Source: Methanothrix sp.
GTDB taxonomy: Archaea > Halobacteriota > Methanosarcinia > Methanotrichales > Methanotrichaceae
Length of the DNA: 64,000 bases
Reading direction: 5' to 3'
Assembly (NCBI GenBank): GCA_037128175.1
Contig: JBAXWY010000001.1
Location: 113,900 to 177,899 of the forward strand
Shown: positions 27,563-38,202 of the stretch, piece by piece
Numbering within the stretch: position 1 is the stretch's first letter
How the letters are laid out: each line of letters opens with the position of its first letter
Position numbers and translations under genes: made by a program
The notes under the pieces: generated by a model
Database searches by the model: none
What the model was told of the DNA's origin: nothing
Seen by the model: only the letters and a program-made list of their open reading frames with translations

Positions 27563-28210
27563 TCAGATTATGCCCTTAACTCGCAGCGCAGATTTGATCT
27601 CGGCCAGCTCGCTCTCGATGTACTCAAACCTCTGGTCCATGTGACCCGTCAGGTCCCGCCTCAATCCCTTAATCTCGTCGATGGTATCATCCTGCTTGTC
27701 AAGCATCTTGTCCATACGGCAATTTGCGCCATCCATCTTGCTATTCAAGCCATCCATCTTGCAGTTCATGTCGTCCATCCTGCAATTTAGGCCGTCCATC
27801 TTGACGTTAAAGCTGTCCATCTTTGAGTTCAAGCCATCAAAGCCGGGTTCAGTGATTGCAATGAGTTTGTTGATGCCTGACATCATGCATTTTAGGATTT
27901 CAATTCCTTCATCCAATCGCTCCCCTATATCATTAGGGGCGGTGATTTTTCGGAATATCGAGAACTCCCCGGATGCATTTGAGTAACAGGCATCGACCTT
28001 CTCCACGTTTATCAGAGAATTTTCTATCTTGATGGCGGAAGCGAACTCCTCCACTGCCCCTTTATCACCTTCAGCAATCACCAATACCCGGCCGTCAGGA
28101 TAGTTCTGGACGATTCCCACAAGACCACGGTTGCCGGCCAGGGAGACTACTTTTGCACGGTAGCCCACCCTTTGCACTCTTCCGGAAACGTAGGCAGTCA
28201 ATCGCATCAT
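27563..28210 (-). CDS. Acylphosphatase domain fused to a heptad-repeat coiled coil
   Basis: GRVQRVGYR and VQN-PDGRV motifs; MDGLNSK-type repeats. Confidence 0.85.
   Translation of the reverse strand: MMRLTAYVSGRVQRVGYRAKVVSLAGNRGLVGIVQNYPDGRVLVIAEGDKGAVEEFASAIKIENSLINVEKVDACYSNASGEFSIFRKITAPNDIGERLDEGIEILKCMMSGINKLIAITEPGFDGLNSKMDSFNVKMDGLNCRMDDMNCKMDGLNSKMDGANCRMDKMLDKQDDTIDEIKGLRRDLTGHMDQRFEYIESELAEIKSALRVKGII
27709..27838. repeat. Six degenerate 21-nt tandem units in the acylphosphatase tail
   Basis: tccat recurs at 27711, 27732, 27753, 27774, 27795, 27816. Confidence 0.85.
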
Positions 28211-28289
28211 GATAAATCACATTTAGTTGCTACAGTTAAATAGATTGCGCACTTAGATATTTCTTTGCTCATAAAAAATTATTTCCCAC

Positions 28290-28646
28290 TCAGCTCCGTC
28301 CCGCTCCAGCCGCCTTCCGCCAGACCTCGTCGCTATTGTCCATGGACTCGATCTGGTCGTGGATATCGATACGGTGCTGCACCTCGGCTGCCCGCAGCCT
28401 ATCTTCCATAGAAAGCCGCAGATTCTCCCGGGCAGCGTCTCGCAACTCTTCTGCCTCTTGCCAGAGCTTCTCCGCCTCTGCGGCGTCTGCCGCCCTGGTC
28501 TCCACCGACTTGGCCCGAAGCTCCATCTCTCTTAGCAGGGCCGCATCGTGCTCCTCTTTCAGGCGCTTGGCATCGGCCAGCAGTTCATCGACCTCACGGG
28601 TCATATCCTCTTTGCTTCTGGCAACCAGATCATTTTCTGAGAACAT
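28290..28646 (-). CDS. Hypothetical coiled-coil protein, in an operon with pdxST
   Basis: Charged helical sequence; 1-nt gap after pdxT. Confidence 0.75.
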   Translation of the reverse strand: MFSENDLVARSKEDMTREVDELLADAKRLKEEHDAALLREMELRAKSVETRAADAAEAEKLWQEAEELRDAARENLRLSMEDRLRAAEVQHRIDIHDQIESMDNSDEVWRKAAGAGRS

Positions 28647-28647
28647 A

Positions 28648-29229
28648 TCATGCCTCCAGCATCTTCAGGAATATTTGATGAATCCTTGGGTCTTTCGTCA
28701 GTTCAGGATGAAAGGCCAAAGCCAGCAGATTCTTCTGGCGTGCCGCCACCACCGCTTCCCCTACGCGCGCCAGCACCTCTACGCCATTGCCCACCTGGGC
28801 TATGGCCGGGGCACGGATGAAAACGGCCCGGTAAGGCAGGTCCAGCCCTTTTATTTGCAGGTCTGCCTCAAAGGACTCTCTCTGCGGCCCGAAGGCATTG
28901 CGGCTGATCTTGATGTCCATGAGGCCCAAAGGCCTAATCTTGCTGTCGCCCACTACCTCCAGGGAGACCAGCACCAGGCCGGCACAGGTGGCCAGGATGG
29001 GCTTACCCTGGCACGCTGCGGCCTTCAGCTCCGGTGTGAGGCCAAAGCTTTCTAACTGGCGACGAATGGTTGTGCTCTCTCCGCCCGGCAGCACCAGGGC
29101 CTGGCACGCTTCCATCTGGCCGCTCTTTCTGATCTCCACTACCTGGACATTTTCCTTGCCCGCCCTCTCCAGGGCCAGGACGTGCTCCGAGACGTCTCCT
29201 TGCAAAGCTAGGACGCCAATCCTTGCCAC
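28648..29229 (-). CDS. pdxT: PLP synthase glutaminase subunit
   Basis: GVLALQG, PGGEST, TCAG, FIRAP, FHPE. Confidence 0.96.
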   Translation of the reverse strand: MARIGVLALQGDVSEHVLALERAGKENVQVVEIRKSGQMEACQALVLPGGESTTIRRQLESFGLTPELKAAACQGKPILATCAGLVLVSLEVVGDSKIRPLGLMDIKISRNAFGPQRESFEADLQIKGLDLPYRAVFIRAPAIAQVGNGVEVLARVGEAVVAARQKNLLALAFHPELTKDPRIHQIFLKMLEA

Positions 29230-30123
29230 TTACCAGCCCCTATTCTGCAAAGCTTCCGCTTCGGGAATCGTAGATGCATCCATTCCTTTCATGGCTGCGC
29301 CTAGACCCTTGGATACCCTGGCCAAAAGTGCCGCATCATCGTAATGGTGCACCGCTTCAACGATGGCAACCGCCATGGCCTGCGGATTTTCGGACTTGAA
29401 TATGCCTGAGCCCACGAAGACCCCATCCGCACCTAGCTGCATCATCAACGCGGCATCCGCCGGTGTGGCCACGCCGCCCGCGGCAAAGTTGACCACAGGC
29501 AGGCGCTGCATGCTGGCGCACTCTCGGACCAGATCCAGGTCCGCTTCAATCTCCCGTGCCACCTTCATCAGTTGCAGATCGTCCATGCCCTTCAGGCTCC
29601 TGATCTGGCCATGGATCATCCTCATGTGCAAAACTGCCTGGCTCACGTCTCCCGTCCCAGCTTCACCTTTGGTCCGGATCATGGCCGCGCCTTCCTTGAT
29701 GCGCCGGCAGGCTTCGCCCAGGTTTCGAGCGCCGCAGACGAAGGGAATGGTGAATTTGGTCTTCTCAATATGAAATTCATCCGCAGGAGTGAGCACCTCG
29801 GACTCGTCCACCATATCCACGCCCAGTGCCTCTAAAATCTGGGCCTCCACAAAGTGACCGATCCTGGCCTTGGCCATGACGGGAATGGTCACCGCCTCGA
29901 TGATGGCCTCGATGATTTCTGGGTGGGCCATCCTGGCTACGCCACCCATCTTTCGGATGTCGGCAGGCACGGCATGCAAGGCCATTACGGCCACAGCGCC
30001 CGCCTCTTCCGCGATAACGGCCTGCTCTGGGGTTGTGACGTCCATGATGACGCCGCCCTTCTGCATCTTTGCGAAACCGCGCTTGAGCAGTTCCGTACCA
30101 AATCGAAGATTTTCCAGCTCCAT
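29230..30123 (-). CDS. pdxS: PLP synthase lyase subunit
   Basis: [40 protein letters not shown]. Confidence 0.97.
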   Translation of the reverse strand: MELENLRFGTELLKRGFAKMQKGGVIMDVTTPEQAVIAEEAGAVAVMALHAVPADIRKMGGVARMAHPEIIEAIIEAVTIPVMAKARIGHFVEAQILEALGVDMVDESEVLTPADEFHIEKTKFTIPFVCGARNLGEACRRIKEGAAMIRTKGEAGTGDVSQAVLHMRMIHGQIRSLKGMDDLQLMKVAREIEADLDLVRECASMQRLPVVNFAAGGVATPADAALMMQLGADGVFVGSGIFKSENPQAMAVAIVEAVHHYDDAALLARVSKGLGAAMKGMDASTIPEAEALQNRGW

Positions 30124-30211
30124 GAATTGCCCCAAATGTTCTTAAGTGCCAGGCTAATGCAGTGAGAATAAATAAACTTTTGGGCAGGCAGGCGGCCTGC
30201 CCATTTACCAC

Positions 30212-33200
30212 TTACGGCATATAGTTTTCGTAAAGATAGATGTCTTTGTCTCCACTACGATCATCGGTCCAGACGATTCGCCCCGTCTTTATGCGCGGCT
30301 GGGTCTGATTTGCCGCATCTGTGCAGATAGCTTTCTCTTTTTGCACATTAAGGTCGTAGACATAAACATCCCAATTTCCATTCCTGTTATCCTGCCAGAC
30401 AACGACGCCGTTTTCGACATCGGGATTAGTCTCATCCGCCAGACCCTTGGTAATCTGTATCTCTTTGCTGGTGTTAAGGTCGTAGGCATAGATATCCCAA
30501 TTGCCGTTACGATTATCCTGCCAGACCACCGTATGTCCGTCCGTAGCCGGATTCGTCTGATCGCTGGCATCGTTTGCCAGTGACACAGGACTCTTCCCCT
30601 GCGTCCACATCCATATATCCCAGCTGCCTAGCTTATTGTCCTGATAGACAACATAGTCTCCACCCGCCCGCTGATTAATGCCATTGGGCGGATAATCAGA
30701 GGGTAACTCTTTTTCATAGAGCGGTCTCACATAGACCATCCAGCCGAAGTAATTCTTTCTGAGGTATGCCAGATTATTTGCACTGAGGGAAATGGGTGTG
30801 GCATTCTCCAGACCGTAGACCAGCTCCGTGGAGTTGACAATGGATATGTCAAAGGTTCGGATGGACCAGTAATCCTCGATTTTATACTGGTTCAAGGGAT
30901 TGCGGGACACCCAGGCGATGATGCTCCCATCGATATCCGGATACATATCTTCATACGGGCCTGCCGCTATGGGTAGCTCCAGTTCCTGGGCCAGGCTGTA
31001 AACATAGATATCCGGTTTTCCGGTGCGATTGTCCATCCAGGCCACATAGTATCCCACCTGGTCGTTGCCGCCCACGACCGGGTAGCTTTGGTCGCCAGGT
31101 GCTTTGCATATGATGCTTGTCTGACCGGCGGTCACGGGCACTGTCCTCGGCCTGCCGTTATGGGTGTTGAGCCAGACCAGCTTTTCGTCCATGCTGGGCT
31201 TGACCTGGCCCGGCCCCATCTGCACCAGCTCATCTTTCCAGTTGGAGAGGTCCAGCTTGCGAATGGATGTGTCCGGATCGGTCCCGTCCACGTAGGAGAT
31301 GTATTTTCCCGATACTACGGCATTAGTCTGCTCTCCCGGCCGGGGATAGGTCTTGCCCCACTTTTTGTCCCAGAAGTAATAGGCGATATCTTTGCTCTTG
31401 GCGTCTTCCCAGGCGATGGTGTTTCCGGATATGTCGGGATAGAGCTGATCACCGGCTTCTGTAAGTTTGGTCTCATTTCCGGTTATTAGGTCTTTGACAT
31501 AGACATCAAAGTCGCCGTTTCGGTTGTCCTGCCAGACGACCAGATTGCCGCTGATGATAGGATACATCTGCTGGCCTTTTCCCTTGTAGACGGCAACGCT
31601 CTCGCCTTTCACCAGATCTTGCATGTAAACGTCCCAGTTGCCGCTGGAGTTGTCCATCCATACGACTCTTTTCCCGGAGATGGAAGGCCAGGTCTGATCC
31701 CCTTTGCCCGTCACAACGGCTGATTCAATGCCGGTGGTCATATTCTTCATATAGATGTCAGCGTCCTTATTTCTATAATCCGTCCAGACCACAGTATTCC
31801 CCGAAGCTTTGGGATAGAGCTGATCCCAATCTCCTTGGGAGATGGGCTTTTCCGCCCGTGTGAAGAAATCAAAGCCAAAGATATTCCAGTTGCCCCTCCG
31901 GTTGTCGCTCCATACCAGCAGGCTACCGTTGGTGCTGGGAAAATCGGTGGCGAGTAACAGCAGCGGATCGGAATTGATGTACCTCATCTTGATCTGGGAA
32001 AAGCCATTGCTGTTATCCATCCATACAATCTTGTTGTCTGATATGATCTTGGAAGAGAGGTATGGCTTTATTTGATCCGGATCGCCCTTGCCGTCATTGG
32101 GCGTCTGCTGCATAGGAAGTGTGGCAACCGGTATTTCCACTCCTTTTCCCAGATCATGGAGATAAATATCCGAATCTCCCCCCCTAACATCCAGCCAGGC
32201 TACATAATTATTGTATATCGTCGTATAGCCCTGGTTGGCGGAGTTGATTGTTACTGCTCTTTCGGTTTTGGTGGATAGGTCGTAGGTGTAAATGTCCCAA
32301 TTCTTATTTCTGCCATCGGCCCAGACCACGGTATTGTCACATATCCAGGGTTGAGCCTGCCGATTAGGATCAGTGCAGATAGCGGTCTCCTCACTCGAGG
32401 TCAGGTTGTAGAGATAAACATCCCATTTATTTTCACCGCTGCGGGAATCGATCCAGACGATTTTGTCGCCGTTTATCACAGGTGAGAGCTTGAAGGACTT
32501 TACAGTGGTGATTTGCCTCTCTTTTCCTTTAGCGATGTCGTAGAGATAAATCTCCTCGCTGCCTGAGCGTTTATCGATCCAGATGATATTATTTCCGTCG
32601 ATCATTGCGTAACGGTTGTCGGATGAACCATTGGTAACCGTTGTGGTCTTCTTCGTCAACAGGTTATAGAGGAAGATGTTGAGGTTTCCTGTGCTCTTGT
32701 CCGTCCAGATCACATTTTCGCCGCTGGTGTCAGGACTGCTGTGGTCAAAATCGCTATTGGTAATGATTTGTTCCTTGTTGGTAGTGGTGTTGAACAGATA
32801 AACGTTGAAGTATCCATTCCGGTTGTCCGTCCAGACGACGTTGTCCCCGGAGAGGGAGGGATTGGTATGGTTGAAAGGCCCGCTGGTTATGGATACATCG
32901 GCTAAAATCTTGAAGTCGTACATCCGGATATCCGGATCGCTCGGACCTTGCCGGTACTCCGTCCAGACGACGCCACGATCGCTAATGTCCGGCTCCATCT
33001 TTATGGTTCCCGGTGCCAAGGGGAAATCATCGCCGCTCTTGATGTTATAAAGATTGATATCGGTGCGGTTGTTGAGGTAGGCAATAAAGTTGCCAAAAAT
33101 CCTGGGATCAGTCTGCATGCCGGGCTTAGTAAGCGTAGTCGTCTTCTTAGTAGTAATATCCATGAAGGCGATGTCGGACTCGCCGGTACGATTATCCGCC

Positions 33201-33856
33201 CAAGCTACGACGTTCCCATAAACAGAAGGAAACGACTGATCATTTGGCCCAGTGGATATGGGCGACTCTTTGCCGCCGGCAATATCGTACATGTAAACGT
33301 CAAAATCGCCGGAGCGCTTATCCATCCAGACTATTTTATCGCCATTAATCTTGGGCTCAATTTGCTCACCCTTCCCGGTGGAAACGATGCTCTCCTTCTT
33401 GCTTGTCAGGTCGTAGAGACCAATGTTATAGGTGCCGTCGCGGTCATCGGCCCAAACCACCAGATTTCCGCTGATGTCGGGTTGGGTTTGGTTGCCTTCG
33501 GCTGCAGTTACCGCTGATTCGGTGCGGTTGACGGCATCGTACATGTAGATGTCTCCGTTGCCCGCGCGCATGTCCTGCCAGACGATGCATTCGCCGGATA
33601 CAGCAGGATTGATCTGGAAGAACGGATTAATGCATACCCATTTCTCCAGGCCGGTCTCCAGATCGTACATGAATATGTCGAAGTTTCCACTCCGGTTATC
33701 CGACCAGGCTACAATATGTCCGTCCATGGCGGGCTGCATCTGCTCCGAGCCCACCAGAATGGCTATGGGGCGCTCTTTTCCATATTCCGCCCCGCCGACA
33801 GCGCCAACAACGAGAAGTGCTGCCGTTATGATCATAATGAAGATTGCCTTGTGCAT
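30212..33856 (-). CDS. Secreted cell-surface protein with many methanogen-type beta-propeller repeats
   Basis: Signal peptide; more than 20 repeats of P-I-G--IVW-D-R-GN-DIY-YDL. Confidence 0.9.
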   Translation of the reverse strand: MHKAIFIMIITAALLVVGAVGGAEYGKERPIAILVGSEQMQPAMDGHIVAWSDNRSGNFDIFMYDLETGLEKWVCINPFFQINPAVSGECIVWQDMRAGNGDIYMYDAVNRTESAVTAAEGNQTQPDISGNLVVWADDRDGTYNIGLYDLTSKKESIVSTGKGEQIEPKINGDKIVWMDKRSGDFDVYMYDIAGGKESPISTGPNDQSFPSVYGNVVAWADNRTGESDIAFMDITTKKTTTLTKPGMQTDPRIFGNFIAYLNNRTDINLYNIKSGDDFPLAPGTIKMEPDISDRGVVWTEYRQGPSDPDIRMYDFKILADVSITSGPFNHTNPSLSGDNVVWTDNRNGYFNVYLFNTTTNKEQIITNSDFDHSSPDTSGENVIWTDKSTGNLNIFLYNLLTKKTTTVTNGSSDNRYAMIDGNNIIWIDKRSGSEEIYLYDIAKGKERQITTVKSFKLSPVINGDKIVWIDSRSGENKWDVYLYNLTSSEETAICTDPNRQAQPWICDNTVVWADGRNKNWDIYTYDLSTKTERAVTINSANQGYTTIYNNYVAWLDVRGGDSDIYLHDLGKGVEIPVATLPMQQTPNDGKGDPDQIKPYLSSKIISDNKIVWMDNSNGFSQIKMRYINSDPLLLLATDFPSTNGSLLVWSDNRRGNWNIFGFDFFTRAEKPISQGDWDQLYPKASGNTVVWTDYRNKDADIYMKNMTTGIESAVVTGKGDQTWPSISGKRVVWMDNSSGNWDVYMQDLVKGESVAVYKGKGQQMYPIISGNLVVWQDNRNGDFDVYVKDLITGNETKLTEAGDQLYPDISGNTIAWEDAKSKDIAYYFWDKKWGKTYPRPGEQTNAVVSGKYISYVDGTDPDTSIRKLDLSNWKDELVQMGPGQVKPSMDEKLVWLNTHNGRPRTVPVTAGQTSIICKAPGDQSYPVVGGNDQVGYYVAWMDNRTGKPDIYVYSLAQELELPIAAGPYEDMYPDIDGSIIAWVSRNPLNQYKIEDYWSIRTFDISIVNSTELVYGLENATPISLSANNLAYLRKNYFGWMVYVRPLYEKELPSDYPPNGINQRAGGDYVVYQDNKLGSWDIWMWTQGKSPVSLANDASDQTNPATDGHTVVWQDNRNGNWDIYAYDLNTSKEIQITKGLADETNPDVENGVVVWQDNRNGNWDVYVYDLNVQKEKAICTDAANQTQPRIKTGRIVWTDDRSGDKDIYLYENYMP

Positions 33857-34007
33857 CTTATCACTCTGTGATCGAATGTTTTTCCTTCTCAGGGTGCTTT
33901 TGGCGAACCCATATAAGGACTTTTCTCGACGTTTGTCGTGATCGGTCCCAAAAGGATATTTCTAATAGTTTTTGATCACGGTTGGATTTAACTTGTAGGA
34001 TTGCGAA

Positions 34008-34052
34008 GGACGAAGTGGGAAGTCCCCATCCTTCAGGGCGGGGAGCGTTCAC
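34008..34052 (+). mobile_element. Isolated IS200/IS605 right-end remnant
   Basis: gaagtgggaagt ccccatccttcagggcgggg agcgtTCAC, homologous to the right end at 14745-14790. Confidence 0.7.
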
Positions 34053-34053
34053 G

Positions 34054-35760
34054 TTAACGGATCATGGTTCTGCCCAAGGTTACCAGGAAGAGGGCCAAAA
34101 GCAGCCAGCCTAAAACCGCCTCCACAGTAGCCAAATAACGGAAGACGCCTACCGGGAACCATTTTACTTGAGTCTTGGCTGTGAAGACCATGGCGCTGAA
34201 GTAGATATTGTCCAGGAAGTTGAGAGCTTCTTGGGGAGCGATGCTGGGTCCGGCACCATTTAGCGGCTCCACCACAATGCCGTCTCCCATCCAGAAGAGA
34301 AGTGCAAAGAGTATGATCAGAAAGCAGCTCAAAAATACGGTATTCCTGGGCCGGACGCCGTATCCGCATGAGATCCAGGCCACGGCGTCCAGGAGTTTGG
34401 ACCAGTTTATCTTGATCAACATTTTTTCCCGAAAGACCAGGGTCTTGCCGGACTGGCTCATGCGCCGATAATGGTAGTAGCAGTCGTCTGCATCTTCGAA
34501 CCACTCCTGGGTTCTGAAATTCTTGGCCAAAGAAAGGTATGCTGCGCCGTCGTAGGCCAGATGTTGGCTTAGTGTGGGCCATCTGACCTCCAGGCGGGCG
34601 AAATTTGCGTTATGCAGATCGATCTGCCCGGCAAACACCGCGTCAAAGAGACGCATGACCTGGATTTTTGCATTTGCTAAATCCAGGTTCTTTTGAAAAT
34701 TTGAGCAGGAGAAATTTGCTGTTCCTGTAAACAGCGTCCCCCGGAAGAATGCTTCTTTGCAGAACTGAGCGCTTCTAAAGTCGGCTTCCTCTAAAAAAGA
34801 GACATCAGAGAATTGGGCCTCTCCTGCAAAGACCGCCTGATCGAATATTGCATCCTCTTGAAAGCAAGACCCCTGGAAGGATGCCTTTCCCTGGAAATGA
34901 GATCCTGTGAAGTTGACATCCAAGAACTCGGCCCGGAAGAAGTTAGCTTCTTTCGCCATGTATGAACCTAAAAAAATGGCATTGCCTTGAAAGGAGGCAA
35001 ACTCCATATTGAGCTCTTCATTGAAGTTTGCACCGCGAAAATCGGCGTTTCCGGATAGTGCAGCGCTCTGAAAGCTGGCATAGCCCATGAATTTGGCACC
35101 CTGGTAATTAGCATCGGCAAGAAAGATCGCCTTCCAGAAACTGACCGATCTTCCAAAAGACGTTTGCCGGAAGTTGGCAGTCCCGGAAAATTTGGCCTGT
35201 GTGAAGTCGGCTTCATCCCGAAAGCTTGCCTCTCCAAAGTTGGTGCACAGCTTGCTGAAGCGAGCCGAGACGAAGTGGGCCTGGCAATCGAAGACTGCAT
35301 TGCCGAAGTTGGCTATGGCGGAAAAATGTGTCCCCTGGAATCGAGCTGAGCCACGGAAATTTACATCTCGGAAGGTGGCATATCTCTTAAAGCTGCAGGA
35401 TTCAAATCCGGCTCCGCCTGAGAAAGATGCACCTTTAAAGCGCGCCTCCTGCAAAAAGGTGCAACCGCACAGGTCCAGGCCTTCTCGCAACAGGGCATGA
35501 GCAAAGTTCACGTTTCCCTGAAACTCAGAGTTCCTGATCTGGATCTTAGAGACCACGACCGCTGCTGTCTGCGTCTCTTTAGCGGGGCGCTCACAATGAA
35601 TGATGGGCAGATCCAGCCTGGTGATGTCTATGTCACCGACTATGGCCACGTGATCGTAGATGAGCGGATCGCCATTCTCGATCCTGGTTAGAAGCTCGCG
35701 GGCCTCAATTACGGGAAGATGCGGCTCTTCGGACATGACCCTCGCCTCGGCATATGACAA
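34054..35760 (-). CDS. Pentapeptide-repeat/channel-like protein without a signal peptide (paralog C)
   Basis: Same architecture as A and B; WISCGYGVRP; DNIYFSAMVFTAKTQVKWFP; ends LVTLGRTMIR. Confidence 0.85.
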   Translation of the reverse strand: MSYAEARVMSEEPHLPVIEARELLTRIENGDPLIYDHVAIVGDIDITRLDLPIIHCERPAKETQTAAVVVSKIQIRNSEFQGNVNFAHALLREGLDLCGCTFLQEARFKGASFSGGAGFESCSFKRYATFRDVNFRGSARFQGTHFSAIANFGNAVFDCQAHFVSARFSKLCTNFGEASFRDEADFTQAKFSGTANFRQTSFGRSVSFWKAIFLADANYQGAKFMGYASFQSAALSGNADFRGANFNEELNMEFASFQGNAIFLGSYMAKEANFFRAEFLDVNFTGSHFQGKASFQGSCFQEDAIFDQAVFAGEAQFSDVSFLEEADFRSAQFCKEAFFRGTLFTGTANFSCSNFQKNLDLANAKIQVMRLFDAVFAGQIDLHNANFARLEVRWPTLSQHLAYDGAAYLSLAKNFRTQEWFEDADDCYYHYRRMSQSGKTLVFREKMLIKINWSKLLDAVAWISCGYGVRPRNTVFLSCFLIILFALLFWMGDGIVVEPLNGAGPSIAPQEALNFLDNIYFSAMVFTAKTQVKWFPVGVFRYLATVEAVLGWLLLALFLVTLGRTMIR

Positions 35761-35886
35761 TTCGGTTAAGAGTTATAATCTTTTTTAATAGATGGTGGTG
35801 CAGTTTTGCTCCATCGCCTGGGCTCAAATCAGCAATGACTATATATTCCTTGTGTCAACCCCCTAACCACATCGGGAGGAACCAAG

Positions 35887-37107
35887 TTGAAGGATTATCT
35901 CATAATGGATGACGTCATGCTTGATCATAAAAGGGTCCTGGTGAGGGTGGACTTCAACTCTCCCATGGACCCCAGCGGAAATATCCTGGATGATAAGCGC
36001 ATAAAAAGTCACTTAGAAACTCTGCGCACTCTGGAGGACTGCCGGGTGGTTCTCATGGCGCACCAGAGCCGGGCCGGAAAGAAGGATTATACCACGCTAG
36101 AGGCTCATGCCCGCCTGGCAACGCGGCTCTTACGTCGCGATGTCGCTTACATTGATGATATCTTCGGATCGCATGCCCAGCAAGCCATAAAATCACTGCT
36201 GCCGGGGGAGGTTCTTCTTCTGGAAAATACCCGATTTTATGCAGAAGAGAACATGAACCGAAGCCCTGCCGATCATGCCAAAAGCCACATGGTGAGAAAG
36301 CTGGCGCCGTTATTTGATCTTTTCATAAATGATGCTTTTGCAGTTTCCCATCGCTCTCACTGCTCCGTGGTGGGATTTACTGAGGTGCTGCCTAGCTACG
36401 CCGGGCTTCTTATGGACAAGGAGATCACGGCACTGGATAAGGGGTTAAAGGGCAATGAGCATCCAACCGTCTTCTCTTTAGGTGGAACGAAGGCGGACGA
36501 TTCCATCAAAGTCACGCAAAATGTTCTAAGTCGCGGCGGTGCCGATAAGATCCTGACCTCGGGAGTCGTAGCCACCGTCTTCATGATGGCGGCAGGCATT
36601 AATGTGGGCGAGGCCAATCGCAAGTTCGTGGAGGATCAGGAGTATCTGGACCAAATTCCTATTGCGGCAAAGCTTTTGCATGATTACCCGGGCAAGATCA
36701 TACTGCCTGTGGATGTAGCTTTGAACCAGAATGGCGAGCGAGTGGAAGTTGCCGTGGACAAGCTCCCCACCGATTTGCCCATCGCCGACATTGGCCTGGA
36801 GACCATTGTCATCTACTCTAAGTATATGAAAGAGGCCAAGGTTACCGTTCTCAATGGGCCGACTGGTGTCTTCGAGCAGGAGAAGTTCCGGCTTGGCACA
36901 TCAGAGCTCTTGAAAGCGGCCACCGAGTCGGGCTATTCCATTGCCGGCGGAGGGCATAGCGTGGCGGCCATCGAGCAACTGGGCCTGGAGTCCAAGTTCA
37001 CTCATGTGAGCATGGGGGGCGGCGCGTCCATCACCTATCTCTCAGGCGAGCCGTTGCCCGGCATTGAAGCTCTTAAGAAGGCGGCTCTTCGGGCACGAAA
37101 GATCTGA
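35887..37107 (+). CDS. pgk: Phosphoglycerate kinase
   Basis: RVDFNSP, LLENTRF, NDAF--SHR, GPTGVFE, AGGGH, VSMGGGA. Confidence 0.96.
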   Translation: MKDYLIMDDVMLDHKRVLVRVDFNSPMDPSGNILDDKRIKSHLETLRTLEDCRVVLMAHQSRAGKKDYTTLEAHARLATRLLRRDVAYIDDIFGSHAQQAIKSLLPGEVLLLENTRFYAEENMNRSPADHAKSHMVRKLAPLFDLFINDAFAVSHRSHCSVVGFTEVLPSYAGLLMDKEITALDKGLKGNEHPTVFSLGGTKADDSIKVTQNVLSRGGADKILTSGVVATVFMMAAGINVGEANRKFVEDQEYLDQIPIAAKLLHDYPGKIILPVDVALNQNGERVEVAVDKLPTDLPIADIGLETIVIYSKYMKEAKVTVLNGPTGVFEQEKFRLGTSELLKAATESGYSIAGGGHSVAAIEQLGLESKFTHVSMGGGASITYLSGEPLPGIEALKKAALRARKI

Positions 37108-37119
37108 TGTTTCGAGCCT

Positions 37120-38058
37120 TCAGGGCAGGCTATCTACTAATTTTTTTCGGCATGCCTCCAGGATAGCGGAAGGTTCGCCTACTGCCTCCAGCGCGGCTGC
37201 CGACCTGTGTCCCCCGCCATCGCCCCCGTGGGATTTGCCCACCTCTCCTAAGAGCTTTGCCAGGTTGCAGCCCCTCCGGGCCGCCTCGCGGCTACAGCGG
37301 GCGCTGACCCGGACCGTGCCCCCATGCCGTCCTGCCACGAAGGCTACGTCTGCGCCTAAATCCACTAAAGCCATGGCCGCGGAGCCCTCGAAGGAGTTGA
37401 CAGTGGTGCAGGCGACAAGCCAGTCTCCCTGGCGCATGACCTCAGCCCGAGAGGCGGCTTTTAGGACGGCAATTCTTTGCGAGATGTTCGCAGGTGCAAA
37501 AAGGGCCTCCTGTGCCTCTTCATAAGCAAAGCCTCCGGCATCTAAGATCTCGGCTGCCGCCAGGAAAGCGCCAGGAGTGGCGCGCTTGAAGCGGCCGGTG
37601 TCGGCGATCATGCCGGCCAGAAGTCCCAGGGCCGCGTTTCGGTCGATCTTCTTGCCGTTTTCTTTTAAAATCGTCCAGACTATCTCCGCCGTGGACTTGG
37701 CAGGCTTTTGTATGTAGAAAAGGGCGTCGTCCAGCAGTCCTTCGTCCAGGTGGTGGTCCACCAGGGCATAGTTGGCCGGCAGCCTGTTGCCCAGTTGCGT
37801 ACCTACCGATGTGTCTACTACTACCACCAGATCGTAGTCTTCCACGAGGGGGTTAATCAGTACATGGGCTCCGATAACATTGGCCAGGGAAACGCCCGTG
37901 CGGCTCAAATCGTCTACAGCGCCGATTGCGCCTCCAAAGGCCCGGCTCAGGGCAAAGCTGCTTCCGATGGCATCGGGATCGGCGTTCCTGTGGCAGAGGT
38001 AGAGGACATTTCTATACCGGCCGATGTGATCGCCATACTGTTGCTCGCTTATGCGCAT
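37120..38058 (-). CDS. DHH/DHHA1 family phosphoesterase
   Basis: HRNADPDA, VVDT, VDHH, DTG, GGGH. Confidence 0.9.
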   Translation of the reverse strand: MRISEQQYGDHIGRYRNVLYLCHRNADPDAIGSSFALSRAFGGAIGAVDDLSRTGVSLANVIGAHVLINPLVEDYDLVVVVDTSVGTQLGNRLPANYALVDHHLDEGLLDDALFYIQKPAKSTAEIVWTILKENGKKIDRNAALGLLAGMIADTGRFKRATPGAFLAAAEILDAGGFAYEEAQEALFAPANISQRIAVLKAASRAEVMRQGDWLVACTTVNSFEGSAAMALVDLGADVAFVAGRHGGTVRVSARCSREAARRGCNLAKLLGEVGKSHGGDGGGHRSAAALEAVGEPSAILEACRKKLVDSLP

Positions 38059-38202
38059 GGCTTTGTTTGAGCTATGAGAATTGATATAGGTTGTCAAGGT
38101 GAGGAAAAAATGGGAAAACAATTCTGGAAGATGGCTTTGCCTGTCTGGCAGGCCACCCTCATCTTTTCTTTAGGCTGCAATACATTGGCAAGTCGCTATT
38201 GC

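Noticed and set aside
35850-35857. ttgtgtca upstream of pgk as a fourth regulon site
   Set aside because: Lies downstream of the TATA rather than upstream, and lacks the flanking palindrome
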